Notes: generated by a model not told the origin, from the sequence alone. Counted from the stretch's first letter, positions 11,495 through 24,440 are shown. The stretch: DNA of 64,000 bases from Octopus vulgaris (GCA_951406725.2 OX597831.1:24862001-24926000); one strand, 5' to 3'. Made by a program: numbers and translations.

Positions 11495-12240
11495 TTAGAA
11501 GTTAATTGAATATTACATTAGAACGGGTGAAATTGCATGCAGGCATTATGGTATGCATATGGGTTCAGTCTCTAAAGTACTTTAGGCAAGTGTTTTCTAT
11601 AAAAGCCTCAGGTCAACCCAAACCTTTTCGTACACAGAAATTGTATGGAAACCTGTAAAATTGTGGGTAATGGACTTAATTTCTTTGGCAGAATACACTC
11701 TGTTGCAAATTTTGAACTATATCACCAGTCAGAATATAAATAGATATATTGATACACTGCTTTCTACTTCAGTAACAAATGACTCCTGCTTCCACACAGA
11801 GCCCTTTAAATGATGGTAGCTGATAAACCTGCCTTCGCAAATTATCAATAACAAGGAATGGTAACGTACAAGCATAGATACATAAATATCAGTGTTATGA
11901 GAAGGCAGAATTCAATTATGTAACAGACATGGTGGAGTTTAAAAAAATATAGTGATCATGATGATACTTATGATGTGTTTTTTGGTATGTTGTATTAAAA
12001 ACATGATTATATTTAACATCTATCTTTTTTGTGAAGATTTTCTTTCATATTTCATTGAAAATTTTTTACAGTTTCCATGGAACAGTAGAGTTCTTTAAAA
12101 TATAAGATTAAAAGAATTCTACTAATCCGACTCTGTCATCATCATCGTCATCTTTGTGTCTGCTTTTTCTTGCTGGCATGGCTTGGTGCGTCACACACAT
12201 AATCATACTCATACACACATGTGCACACACACACATATAT

Positions 12241-12650
12241 GGTGAGCTGGTAGAATCGTTAGCATGCCGGGCGAAATACTTTGCAGTATTTCGTCTGCTG
12301 CTGCATTCTGAGTTCAAATTCCACCAAGGTTGTCTTTGCCTTTCATCCTTTCAGGGTCGATTAAATAAGTACCAGTTACACACTGGAGTCGATATAATCG
12401 ACTTTATCCGTTTGTCTGTCCTTGTTTGTCCCCTCTGTGTGTAGCCCCTTGTGGGCAGTAAAAAATAGGTATTTCGTCTGCTGCTAAATTCTGAGTTCAA
12501 ATTCCACTGAGGTTGACTTTGCCTTTCATCCTTTCGAGGTCAATAAATTAAGTACCAGTTACGCACTGGGGTCGATGTAATTGACTTAATTCCTCTGTCT
12601 GTCCTTGTTTGTCCCGTCTATGTTTAGCCTCTTGTGGGCAATAAAGAAAT
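12241..12650 (+). mobile_element. SINE family B, head-to-tail dimer
   Basis: Second unit restarts at GGTATTTCGTCTG (about 12468) directly after the first tail. Confidence 0.88.
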
Positions 12651-13202
12651 TATATAGACTGCATATATAGACTCACATATACTTACCCTTTGTCCGTACG
12701 TCGTTATACAAAATATACAAGCATTATGTTTAATAATCTTTCAGAATCCGGACATATTCAGGTAAACAAAAGGAATATGAAACAATTAATTTTATGAAAG
12801 CTTACTTTTTTTTCTTCTGTTGTCTTTTTGTTTTCTCTTTTGATGTATTTCTGCATTATGGCTTTTGCTTTGAAATACAGACTGTCTAAAGTTTTGGACA
12901 AATCTTCGGATAAAGAAACCTCAAAAAATTTAAAAGAAGGATAAAAAAATTTAATCAACAGCAAAAATCTTTGATTTTACTCTATTTTAAGTTTTGTTTT
13001 ACTGAAAAACAAAAAATAAATAAATAAATAAATAAAAGGAAAATCTGGAGCGACAAACTGAAGCATGGTAAAATTGCACCACAGCAACGATGTCAATAAG
13101 ATTTCAAGATGGATACCAAATGTAAAGGAGTGCAGTGAGATGCAATAAAGAGAACTGCATGCGTTAGTGTGTGAGCCTGCAGATTGATACAAACCTTTGA
13201 TG

Positions 13203-13281
13203 CGATGTGAGTGGTTCCGGAGTTTCACACCCATCAGTCACAACAGTCGATGGGTGTGAACCTCTAGAAAATCTCACATTG
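13203..13281 (+). ncRNA. Candidate microRNA precursor hairpin (family not recognised)
   Basis: 33-position stem with a perfect 12-bp upper stem and symmetric mismatches; 13-nt loop; UG at -14 and CNNC at +17 relative to predicted Drosha cuts 13215/13271; unique in window. Confidence 0.7.
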
Positions 13282-13440
13282 GTCTTTCACCAACCGACAA
13301 TGAAAATGCATAAAAAAGAACTCCATGTTTCCAGCCAGCAAGCCTGCCAGTTAGACAGACAATCATAGGATGGAAACAGCTTTTTTTTTTTTTTTATTAA
13401 TAACAACAAATAGAAACCTTGTATATTCTATGTCTGTGGT

Positions 13441-13478
<38 letters not shown>

Positions 13479-13616
13479 TCTGTTAGTGTTTGTTTATTCA
13501 GTCAAACTTCTCGCTTCCTTAATCAATTTTATGCCTTCAGGTAACAGTTGTGCATTCTGATAACAGATACATCTCTACATACATACACGCATTAATACAT
13601 ATATATAGATACATAC

Positions 13617-13652
<36 letters not shown>

Positions 13653-13668
13653 GCATACATACAAATGC

Positions 13669-13695
<27 letters not shown>

Positions 13696-13703
<8 letters not shown>

Positions 13704-13893
13704 CATACAACCACTCACATAATTGCACATACACATAGATATATCTGTATATATTTATATTAGATATATATGAGAGGGATGACTGCTTTGTGGACAACCC
13801 TTATGCTGGAAGAAGATCTGCTATGGTCTTACCACTAAGAAATGTTCTCAAGAAAATTCTGCCAACACCAGAACGTAAATACATATATGTATA

Positions 13894-13931
<38 letters not shown>

Positions 13932-14145
13932 TAGGTATACATACATATGCATATATTTATATACATACATACATACATCCACTCACATAATTGCACATAC
14001 AAATATATACATATACATGTATCTGTTTATATTTATATTACATACATATGAGAGGGATGACCGCTATGGGGACAGCCCTTATGCTGGAAGTAGATCTGCT
14101 ATGGTCTTACCACTAAGAAATGTTCTCAAGAAAATTCAGCCAACA

Positions 14146-14147
<2 letters not shown>
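13696..14147 (+). repeat. Tandem duplication (~280 bp period) of a microsatellite-embedded segment
   Basis: GAGAGGGATGAC...GCCAACACC core at about 13770-13869 and 14048-14147 with few substitutions. Confidence 0.85.
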
Positions 14148-14205
<58 letters not shown>

Positions 14206-14838
14206 TAAATAAATACTTAAACATATATATCACACACACACACATGCAGAGGCATTCACATGAACGTGCACACAAATATTTATACAGACACACACTCATA
14301 CAAGTATAAACTAGTATCAATTGAAAATTAATCCCACGTTTTTGTATTTCAGTAAAGATTATGATGATGATGATGATGCTGTTTTTTTTTTCTTTCTATT
14401 TGTTAACACCCACCACAACATTTACTGGCTTCTGCTTTGGATTAAATATATTCTGCTATGACTTCTTATCTCCTCTCTTCTATGACCACAAGCTAATGAG
14501 AAACGTCTTTGTGCTCAATCTACCTTCAAAAATAGCAGCTGAATTTTCTTTTTTTTTTCTCTGTCAGCTTACACCCTGCTGTTTAAAATTGATTGGCTTA
14601 ACCCATTGGCTTGCAGATTAGCCTGTCAAATATAATGCTTCTTCATTCACTTTGTTTTGAATTAATCATACATTATCTCATAGCTTTGAGATTGCGATGA
14701 CATGACTGTTTATTTTTAGAATGACATTGTAGGGTAGGTGTGAGAGGCCAGAGTTGGGCACTTTCAACATAAAACACGTAGAATGATTTTGGGCTGGATA
14801 TGGTTGGTTTAACCCTCTAGCAAACAGATTACACTTCT

Positions 14839-15143
14839 TGGAGTTAAACAGTAACAACAACAACAACAACAACATTTATAGTGAATAGATGGTAAAGATC
14901 AGTGCTAGAAACAACAAGAATCCTCTTGAAATAATGAAGAAATTTTTATATTTTCACTTGACCTGCTAGAAATAGCAAGTAATTTGCCCTTAAATTACAC
15001 CATATTGTCCTAATTAAAGGAAGACCACTTTAGATAATTTAAGCTTGGATATATAAAAAGACAAGATAATTATTATTTGGATGTCTTTCATCATAGATAG
15101 GTGTTGAGGACCAGTGTTGACCTTAGGTTAATCAGCAACAACC
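14839..15143 (+). repeat. Second copy of 4482-4783
   Basis: Colinear direct match. Confidence 0.85.
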
Positions 15144-15473
15144 AAATAAAATGCTTGTTCATTCACACTGTTTTGAAATAGGTTTGGAAAACAATGAAAA
15201 GAAATGTGGTTGAGTATACCTCTGGTTGATGGTAGATCTTGGGGATAAGCAACCAAAACTTCTATGGTCATTTAAACCAGCATCAAACAATGCAAAGAAG
15301 ATGGCAAACCAGTAGAATTGTTAGCAAACTCGGCAAGATGCTTAGCGACATTTCATCTGTCTATACATTACGTGTGTAAATTCTACCAAGGTCAACTTTG
15401 CTTTCAACAATTTGGGGTTGATAAAATAAGTACTAGTTGAGCACAGGGAGGGTAAGATGATCGACTTACTTCC

Positions 15474-15925
15474 TATTTCTTTATTGCCCACAAGGGGCTA
15501 AACATAGAGGAGACAAACAAGGACAGACAAAGGGATTAATTCGATTACATCGACCCCAGTGTGTAACTGGTACTTATTTAATCGATTCCGAAAGGATGAA
15601 AGGCAAAGACGACCTTGGCGGAATTTGAACTCAGAATGTAATGGCAGACGAAATACCGCTAAGCGTTTCGCCCAGTGTGCTAACGTTTCTTATTTCTTTA
15701 TTACCCACAAGGGTATAAACATAGAGGGGACAAACAAGTTCAGACAAGGGGATTAAGTTGATTAAATCGACCCCAGTGTGTAACTGGTACTTATTTAATC
15801 AATTCCGAAAGGATGAAAGGCAAAGTCGACCTCGGCGGAATTTGAACTCAGAACGTAGCGGCAGACAAAATACCACTAAGCATTTTGCCCGGTGTGCTAA
15901 CATTTCTGCCAGCTTGCCGCCTTAT
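15474..15925 (-). mobile_element. SINE family B dimer inserted antisense into an older SINE B (about 15300-15975)
   Basis: 17-bp TSD ATGA(T/C)CGACTTACTTCC at 15457-15473 and 15926-15942 brackets both units. Confidence 0.88.
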
Positions 15926-16514
15926 ATGACCGACTTACTTCCCCACCCCAAATTCCAGACCATATACCTATTGTAAAAGGATTATACAGTGCAAACACAA
16001 ACACACACACACACTCACACATACGTAAACACATCGCTCCAGTTCACTCAGCTGACAAACCAGCCTTGTCACATTTGGTGGTGTCAAGCTGAACCACCCT
16101 GAGAAGTATGCTAAAGGTATGCGTGTCTGTGGAGCACTCAGCCACTTGCATGTTAATCTCATGAGTAGGCTGATCCGTTTAATCAGATCAACTATAATAG
16201 TCATCATAGTAACCAACGTAGTACCAATTTTAAATACATAATGCTACTGCTACAGAAACGTGTGCTACTGCTACAGAAACGTGTGTGTGTGTGTGTGTGT
16301 GTGTTCTTGCATGCATGCAAAGTTTATATCTACTGCACAATGTTGAAATCATTCCTTGTCTTTAAAGCAGCGTGTGTATCTACTTAATGCATGTTCACAC
16401 ACTCACACAACTATAAACACACACACACTCGCATAACTATAAACACACACACTCACACAAATGTCTTTATGTTTGTGATAATGGTCAAAGATTATCCTTT
16501 ATTGAAACCTGCTG

Positions 16515-16545
<31 letters not shown>

Positions 16546-16837
16546 CATCTAACACACCATGGCATGCGTCTCAGTGAATATTTTTAGAGAATATATTTTT
16601 ATTTTCGTACTTCTTAGAATCACATTTATTGTCACTCATTTTTTCACCTTCAATCTATATATTCCAGAGTGCATTCTTAAACAAGATACAAATATTTACA
16701 TCATGAAAGAATTCTAAGAGCCATTAAAAAAAAAATCGTGTATATTCTTCCATTCACTTTTATTACTGATAGAATATTATTAAGTAAAAGAACTGCAGAG
16801 AATGGTAATAATTTTTTTTGTTTTTTAATCTTTTTTG

Positions 16838-17096
16838 GTTGTTCCAGTCATCAGACTGCAACCATGCTGGGAACCACCTTGAAGAATTTTGGTCGAACTC
16901 CAGTTCTTGTTTGTCTTTTATTCAAGATCGTTACTTATTCTATGAGTCTCATTTGCGAAACTGCTATGTTACTGAGACATAAACACACCAACCCCAGAAC
17001 CCCAGTTGTGAGGTGGTGGTGGCTGGGAGACAAATACATTTATAAAGACAGACATATACACATGCACACACATGCATGTGCACATGCACTCATACA

Positions 17097-17170
<74 letters not shown>

Positions 17171-17335
17171 GTGGGCTTCTTTCAGATTCCGTCTATCAAA
17201 TCTATTCACGGGGCTTCAGTAGAAGACACTTGCCTAAGGTGCTACACAGTGGAATTGAACCCAGAACCATGTGGTTAGGAAGAAAAATTTCTCCCCCTCA
17301 CAGCTACACCTGCACCTATTATCACACAACCACAC
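16838..17335 (-). mobile_element. Divergent SINE family A
   Basis: Recognisable tail, internal microsatellite and head; the 204-aa ORF here is an artefact. Confidence 0.75.
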
Positions 17336-17699
17336 CTTTGTATTTGTTTTGAAATAATAACCATCCCGACTTTGTAGCAATAAGACTATATTGCATAATA
17401 TATCTTCCCCTTTTAAGATGGGAGCAGTTGATTTAAAAAAGAAAAATTCAACCACAAATTTTATGGCAGGTTGAGAGACCCGTTTGCACATACTACTGGG
17501 CAATCTTAGTTGCACAATAGGCCCTTGGCCCTATAGTATTTATTAACAGCAATCCACAGCATACATAGATCAGAATTGGGTCCTTGGGCCTGTGAGATCC
17601 CTAGCCCTGTAAAGACCCTAGACAACTGCTCAATGTGCTTAATCCTTACAATAGCACAAACATACTACAGATATATAACTCTAAGTGGTGTAAATTTAT

Positions 17700-18545
17700 C
17701 AGTCAAACGATTGGCAGAGAATGTCCTCCATTTGGTCAGAACATATAGCAAGAATGGAAGAATCAAGGCTCCCATGTCAAGTTTTACTCAGTGAGCTCAT
17801 TTCAGAGAAATGACCAAGGGTTGTCCTCTTCAAAGATACAAGGACCAACTTAAAACAACACTAGAAGTCACTGGACTTGAGCTTAAATTGTTTGAAGCAC
17901 AAGCTTGAGACTTTACCTAGTGGTGGTGTTCCATCACCATCAGAACCAAAATCTTCAAAGCCACCAGAAGACAAAAGGAAGAAAGGCTCCACAAAATTAA
18001 CTTCATCCTCCAACAACATTACCTATTTCTTTACTACCCACAAGGGGCTAAACACAGAGAGGACAAACAAGGACAGACAAACGGATTAAGTCGATTATAT
18101 CGACCCCAGTGTGTAACTGGTACTTATTTAATCAACTCCAAAAGCATGAAAGGCAAAGTCGACCTCAGCGGAATTTGAACTCTGAACGTAAGGCAGAGGA
18201 AATACCTATTTCTTTACTACCCACAAGGGGTTAAACACAGAGAGGACAAACAAGGACAGACAAACGGATTAAGTCGATTATATCGACCCAAGTGTGTAAT
18301 TGGTACTTATTTAATTGACCCCAAAAGGATGAAAGGCAAAGTCGACCTTGGCGGAATTTGAACTCAGAACGTAGTGGCAGACGAAATACTGCTAAGCATT
18401 TTACCCGGCATGCTAACGTTTCTGCCAGCTCACTGCCTTTAACATTACTTCCACCAACATTACCATGCAGTTAATGTCATTGACTGGTCCAAGAACTGGT
18501 CTACAGAGTCATCAACACCATTACCATAATGGAAGCGAAGAAATA
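17700..18545 (+). pseudogene. Degenerate RTE (BovB-like) LINE 3' fragment
   Basis: Translates WSEHIARMEESRLPCQVLLSELISEK*PRGCPLQRYKDQLKTTL, resembling the RTE C-terminal WxGHxxRM..LPKQ..GEL..R.RGRP..RYKD.LK motif; later SRTGLQSHQH; interrupted by SINE B. Confidence 0.72.
18023..18440 (-). mobile_element. SINE family B dimer
   Basis: Two units; TSD AACATTAC at 18015-18022 and 18441-18448. Confidence 0.88.
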
Positions 18546-19380
18546 AATTCTTGGATATGAAATAAAGCCACCCACTGCTGCCAATGTATCCATAGAGAAG
18601 AAACTTGATTTCTTGCTGACTCAGTCTTCCTGGCTATAAATAAGTTCCATGTCATCACACAGTTTACACCTGTGAATGATTTGTGAAATCTAGTGTTAAA
18701 TTCAAATTCTCCTGTGGTGATAAATTGGAAATTAAATCTTCCACAGTTGTTGCAGCAAATAACTATTTCATGTCTACATTTGATGAGAGCCGTTTGAGTA
18801 ATTGGCTATCTTTTTTTTTTTTCTATATCACATTTGCATAAACATGAATGCATCATAACAATGGTATCTATGCCAATGAATATTTATAACAATTATGTAA
18901 ATGATATTTATGATGATAATGTTAAAACAGTTTCAATTTGTTTCAGAACTTTGTAAATGCAATTATATATCAATGTTGTTGTGTAAATTTGCTATCCCCT
19001 CCAATTATAATACAAAAGCAGATCTCCAGACCTTAGCCAGGTTATTTGACATGCTAGGAAAGCAGTTAGATTTCTTTCAAATTACAGATGCTGCTTTCAG
19101 AGAAAGGATACATAGTATAATGTAGTCTTAACAAGACAGGATAAAGAGCCAATGAAAGAACCTTGACATGGTCAAGTAACTTGCTAGAAATAGCAGTGAA
19201 TGTCCCACACATTATATCTCAGCTGTCTTACTGAAAGAGAGACACATTGTAAGGGATAGATGCAGCTGGAATACTTTTGATCATCAGTCTACTTATAGTT
19301 ACCCTTGGGGTTTGCAATGATATGAGTAAATAATTTTGCTGAGATATAGAGCAAGTATATATATATATATATATATATAT

Positions 19381-19740
19381 ATTTAGATTGACTGAGGTAG
19401 TAATACGAGTCATAAAAGTCATTATTATGAGGTGATTATAAGATGATAATAAAGTAAGAGAACAAAACGAACCAATGGTTCACGCAAACGATGAATAGCT
19501 TTGCATAAACCATTGGTTCGTTTTGTTCTCTTACTTTATTATCATCTTATAATCATCTAATAATAATGACTTTTATGACTCGTATTACTACCTCAGTCAA
19601 TCTAAATGTATATATTTGTCGTTACCTGTCATAAATAGCCTTATTCTATTTGCAATATGCATTTTCGTTGATTTTTCATATTTTACCCTTACATTTCCGC
19701 GTGTATTTTAAATTTTCTTTTCGCAACATATTTCTACTAT
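19381..19740. mobile_element. Fold-back insertion between (TA)n tracts (Penelope-like remnant)
   Basis: Near-perfect 108-bp inverted arms 19381-19488 / 19500-19607 with an 11-nt spacer. Confidence 0.7.
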
Positions 19741-20344
19741 ATATATATATATATATTTATGGTTGTTATATTTTATATATATACATATATATATATATAT
19801 GTTGTTATACATTTTTGATAACATAATAGGTTAATAGGATGATGTCTATGTTACAATATTACAGTAACCAATAATATGTTGTGCATGTATAGTAATATTA
19901 CAATCATGAAACTAGCATTAGTTTATCTCACTCTTTCTCACGGAACCCCAATTGAAAGATGCTGCCTTATGCATTCATCTCCCCTCTGTATTTACTATAA
20001 TATTGGTTTCAAATTTTGGCACAAGGCCAGCAATTTCAGGGGCAGAGTGCTAAGTCAATTACATCGACCCCAGTGTTCAACTGGTTTTTATTTTATTGAC
20101 CTGTGAAAGGATGAAAAACAAAGTCGACTATAGTAGAATTTGAACTCAGAATGTAAGGACGGAGAAAATGCCACTGAGCATTTTGCCTGGTGTGCTAACG
20201 ATTCTGCCAGCTCACTTGCCTTATGTAGTTGTTGTAATATTGAATGAAGGGAGGTGAATAACAAAAGATGAAACTAGTAAAACTGGATGATAGCGAGATA
20301 GATACATAGATAGATGCATATGCACACGCCCACACACATCCAAG

Positions 20345-20375
<31 letters not shown>

Positions 20376-21575
20376 TACAAAGAGTAGAATTATCAGATTA
20401 CCAATATCTGAATAGGTTTCTCTTTGAGGGTTAAAAAAAAATGAAATAAAATGGATTTCATTGGAGCTAGTGTAATGTTTCACTGCATCCATCTCACTCT
20501 TCTTCTACTCCCACTCTCCCTCATTGTCTGTTTTTTTTGTTTTTTTTTTATTCTTGGTTGCAGTGACAGGTGTGAGGTTTGGGTGAGTGACTTCAGAAGG
20601 AAAAGAATATAATAAATGATATTTCAACTAAATAAAGGGAAAATACAATCTTAGATTAAATGAATGAATTACAGTGAAGAGTTAAGGAATAGTGAAGAGG
20701 TGGGAAAAGAAATTAGATTGTAGCTTATAAGACACTTGGAATTGCTTCAGGGAGAGGAGGAGGTGGTGGAGGAAAGAGGAAAAGAATGTCCCTCACACCC
20801 TTCTCTATCAGCCCCAGGGCACTCTTTCTTCTCTCATCCCACCGAAACATTGCCAAGTTATTTACAGGTGGAAAATTCTCATTATTCCTTAACTAAGAGA
20901 GAGAGAGAGAGTGAAGCAGAGAGAGGCAGAGACAGAGAGACACAAAGACACAGAGTGATACACAGAAAGACAGTCATAGGATGATAGAGAAAGATTGATA
21001 CAGAGCTTTAGTAAAAGCGATACTGCAATAGAGCAATAGAGAGAATGAAAAACAGTGAAAGCTAAAAAAAAAAAAAAATCAAAAATCAGGCCCTAAATAT
21101 GTAAAAATAAAATTCACGTGTCCTCCATTCTAAACACTGGTTTTCTTCAAATGAACATGGCCTCAAAAGACACATTATCATCTAACTTCATCATCGTCAT
21201 CAGCATCATCGTCAACATCATCATCATCATCACTTAATGTCTGCTTTCCATGTTGGCATGAGTTAGGCGGTTTGACTGCAATTGGTAAGCTGGAGAACTG
21301 TGCCAGGTTCCAATCTGATTTGGTGTGGTTTCAATGGCTGAATAACCCCTAGCACAAGGCCAACAATTTCAAGGGCAGGGGTAATTCAAATTACTCTAAC
21401 CCCAGTGTTTAACTGGTACTGTATTTCATCCACTCTGAAACGATGCACGGCAAAGTCAACCTTGGTGGAATTTGAACTCAGAACACGGAGACAGATGAAA
21501 TGCCACTAAGTGTCTTGCCTAGCATGTTAATGATTCTGCCAGCTTGCCGCTATTGATGTCATTTAATCTGTATAT

Positions 21576-21791
21576 ATTCTTTTCTACTCTAGGCACAAGG
21601 TCTGAAATTTTGAGGGAGGGGACAAGTCGATTAATCGACACCAGTATGCAACTGGTATTTAATTTATCAATCCCGAAAAGATGAAAGGCAAAGTCGACCT
21701 CAGCAAAATTTGAACTCAGAACATAAAGACAGATGAAATACTGCTAAGCATTTCACCCAGCGTACTAATGTTTTTACTAACTTACCACCTT
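21576..21791 (-). mobile_element. SINE family B (adjacent older copy at 21350-21550)
   Basis: Family B body and tail. Confidence 0.82.
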
Positions 21792-22068
21792 CATCCATAT
21801 ATATTGATTACTGTTGACTATCATTTTCATGCACCACCCAAAATATCCTTCATTGACATCTACTATTCACCATAATCCATCTTTATTTATACCCATCTCT
21901 ACTAAATGTTGCTTTTCTCTTTAAATTTATTAATAACAACCCAAATACAGCTTTTGCTGTCTTTTCTATATTCCCCCATCATGCTCATACACCCACATCT
22001 CTTTATGTGTGTATATATTATGAACGTGTATATATACCAGTGTGTGTATATATAATATGTATATTATA

Positions 22069-22400
22069 TGCCGGTGGCATGTAAAAAGCACCATCCGATC
22101 ATGGCCATCTGCCAGGTTCGTCTGGTCCCCGTGCCGGTGGCACGTAAAAAGCACCATCTGATCGTGGCCGTCTGCCAGCCCCGTCTTGGCACCTGTGCCG
22201 GTGGCATGTAAAAAGCAAAGCACCCACTACGCTCACGGAGTGGTTGGCGTTAGGAAGAGCATCCAGCTGTTGAAACACTGCCAGATCAGACTGGAGCCTG
22301 GTGCAGCCTTCTGGCTTCCCAGACCCCAGTTGAACCGTCCAACCCATGCTAGCATGGAAAGCGGACGTTAAATGATGATGATGATGATGATGATGATGAT
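22069..22400 (+). mobile_element. SINE/LINE-tail family C with (GAT)n tail
   Basis: Internal GTGCCGGTGGCAYGTAAAAAGCACC repeats; GGCGTTAGGAAG..CATCCAGCTG; ends CGGACGTTAAA(TGA)n; about 8 copies in window. Confidence 0.85.
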
Positions 22401-22409
22401 ATATGAACT

Positions 22410-22530
22410 CAAGGCATAAGAAACATCTCAAATCATATATGTTATGATTCTTAAATTAGTTGAGGTCTGTAAAACGTCAACTAATTTAAGAATCATAATG
22501 TATATGACCTAAGATAATTGTTATGCCTTG
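22410..22530. repeat. Inverted repeat with AAAACGTC at the spacer junction
   Basis: Arms 22410-22463 / 22477-22530. Confidence 0.75.
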
Positions 22531-22651
22531 GCATTTATTGTCCTCTTTCACAAATATACAACTGCTAAATTGGAAATCTAAAATGGTTCCATAGGTCTCA
22601 TCTCAGTTACAAGCTTGGAACCCTGATAATCTGTTACAGCACTTTCGTTAA

Positions 22652-22875
22652 CCCTTTCGATAGCAACCTGCCTCAAAACAACCTCTGGTTCAGTAGTACG
22701 GATGTCTTGTTTTCATAAGTTTTAAATTAAAATCTTCCGCCAAACCTTAGTCACATTTTGTGTTCCTAACACTAGCTTAATGATAACGAAGTTATTTTTA
22801 CTAAATTCTTTGTTATCTTAAAAATTAATTGAAAGAAACACAGAGCATCTCAAGATAAATATAGTAATGAAAGGG
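22652..22875. mobile_element. piggyBac-type MITE
   Basis: TTAA|CCCTTTCG ... TGAAAGGG|TTAA. Confidence 0.88.
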
Positions 22876-23107
22876 TTAAAAGGTGATGAGATGGTAGAAT
22901 TGTTGGCATGCTAGGCAAAACGGTTAGAGACATTTTATCTAGTTATATTTTCTGAGTTCGAATTCTGCTGAGATCAAATATGCCTTGCATTCTTTCAAGG
23001 TTGATAAACTAAGTACCAGTTGAGTTATGGAGTTGATGAAACTGACTTAGGCCACCAAACATGATGGCCTTGTGATGAAATTTAAAACTAATATTTAGTT
23101 GCCTTAA

Positions 23108-23329
23108 CCCTTTCGATACCAACCCAGCTGAAACCAGCTTTGGCTCTGTAGTATAAATGTCTTGTATTCATAAGTTTTGAATTAAAATCTTCCACCAAAC
23201 CTTAGTCACAGCTTATGTTCCTAACACTAGCTGATTGATAACTAAGTTATTTGACTAAATTCGTTGTTATATTTAAAATTAATTCAAAGAAACACAGAGC
23301 ATCTCAAAATAAATATAGCAATGAAAGGG
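23108..23329. mobile_element. piggyBac-type MITE, same family
   Basis: TTAA|CCCTTTCG ... GAAAGGG|TTGA; colinear with 22652-22875. Confidence 0.85.
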
Positions 23330-23719
23330 TTGAAGGGTAACAGAGGGAAAGAAATAGGTGTCTTAGTAGATGATTGGCTACTTCTGTAGGAAAAGAAGGA
23401 TATAGTTAAAGAGAAAATTGGACAGACAAAGTTAGAGAGAGAAAGAGAATGTTGAGTTGGTGGTGGTGGTGGCCTTAATCACAAGGTACTATGAGGTACA
23501 TAGAAGTAGTACAGCCAACTGGACAGAGTGTATGGGCTATGGTAGATATGAGAAGGCATTGGCATTGAGGGAGAGAGAGTGGAGGGGTAATGCATCAGAT
23601 AGGGAGCATGAGAGGGAGAAGAGGGAAGATGAGCTCTGGAGGAGTTTTGATGGAGCTGAGCAGATTGTGTAAAGGCATTGACATAAAGAACATGACCACA
23701 TGTTAGTATGTAATTCGTT

Positions 23720-23794
23720 TATATGCATACACTATATATATATATGTATATGTATATATATGCATATATATGTATATGTATATATATGCATATG

Positions 23795-23844
<50 letters not shown>

Positions 23845-23943
23845 CATACATATATACATACATATATATATATATATGTATGTACATGTGTGTGAATGTG
23901 TGTGAATATATGCATATATATATATATATATATATACATATAT

Positions 23944-24008
<65 letters not shown>

Positions 24009-24359
24009 ACATGAAGGAAATTCTTACAATAATATTTCTTCCCTGATATTACTTTGTCCCAAGTAACAAGGAAATATGTAATATCTTTTGTGTAGTGATG
24101 TGAGGAATATGGCTGCATCTCACTGTATGTGTTTATATATATATGCATATAAATGTATGCATATATATATATAGGCATATGTATATAAATGTATGCATAT
24201 ATATATATATGTATATAAATGCATGTATATATAAGTATATCTGTATGTATATATATGTATATATGTATATCTGTATGTATATATATGTATGTGTATATAT
24301 ATATGTATGTATATGTATACATATATATATATATATTTGTATGTATATATATATGTATG

Positions 24360-24419
<60 letters not shown>

Positions 24420-24440
24420 GTATGTATGTATGTGCTTATG
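23720..24440. repeat. (TA)n/(TG)n compound microsatellite field
   Basis: Direct inspection. Confidence 0.95.

Noticed and set aside
19392-19401. TGAGGTAGTA matches the first 10 nt of let-7, inside a hairpin
   Set aside because: The match stops at 10 nt, and the hairpin is a 108-bp near-perfect fold-back, not a pre-miRNA.
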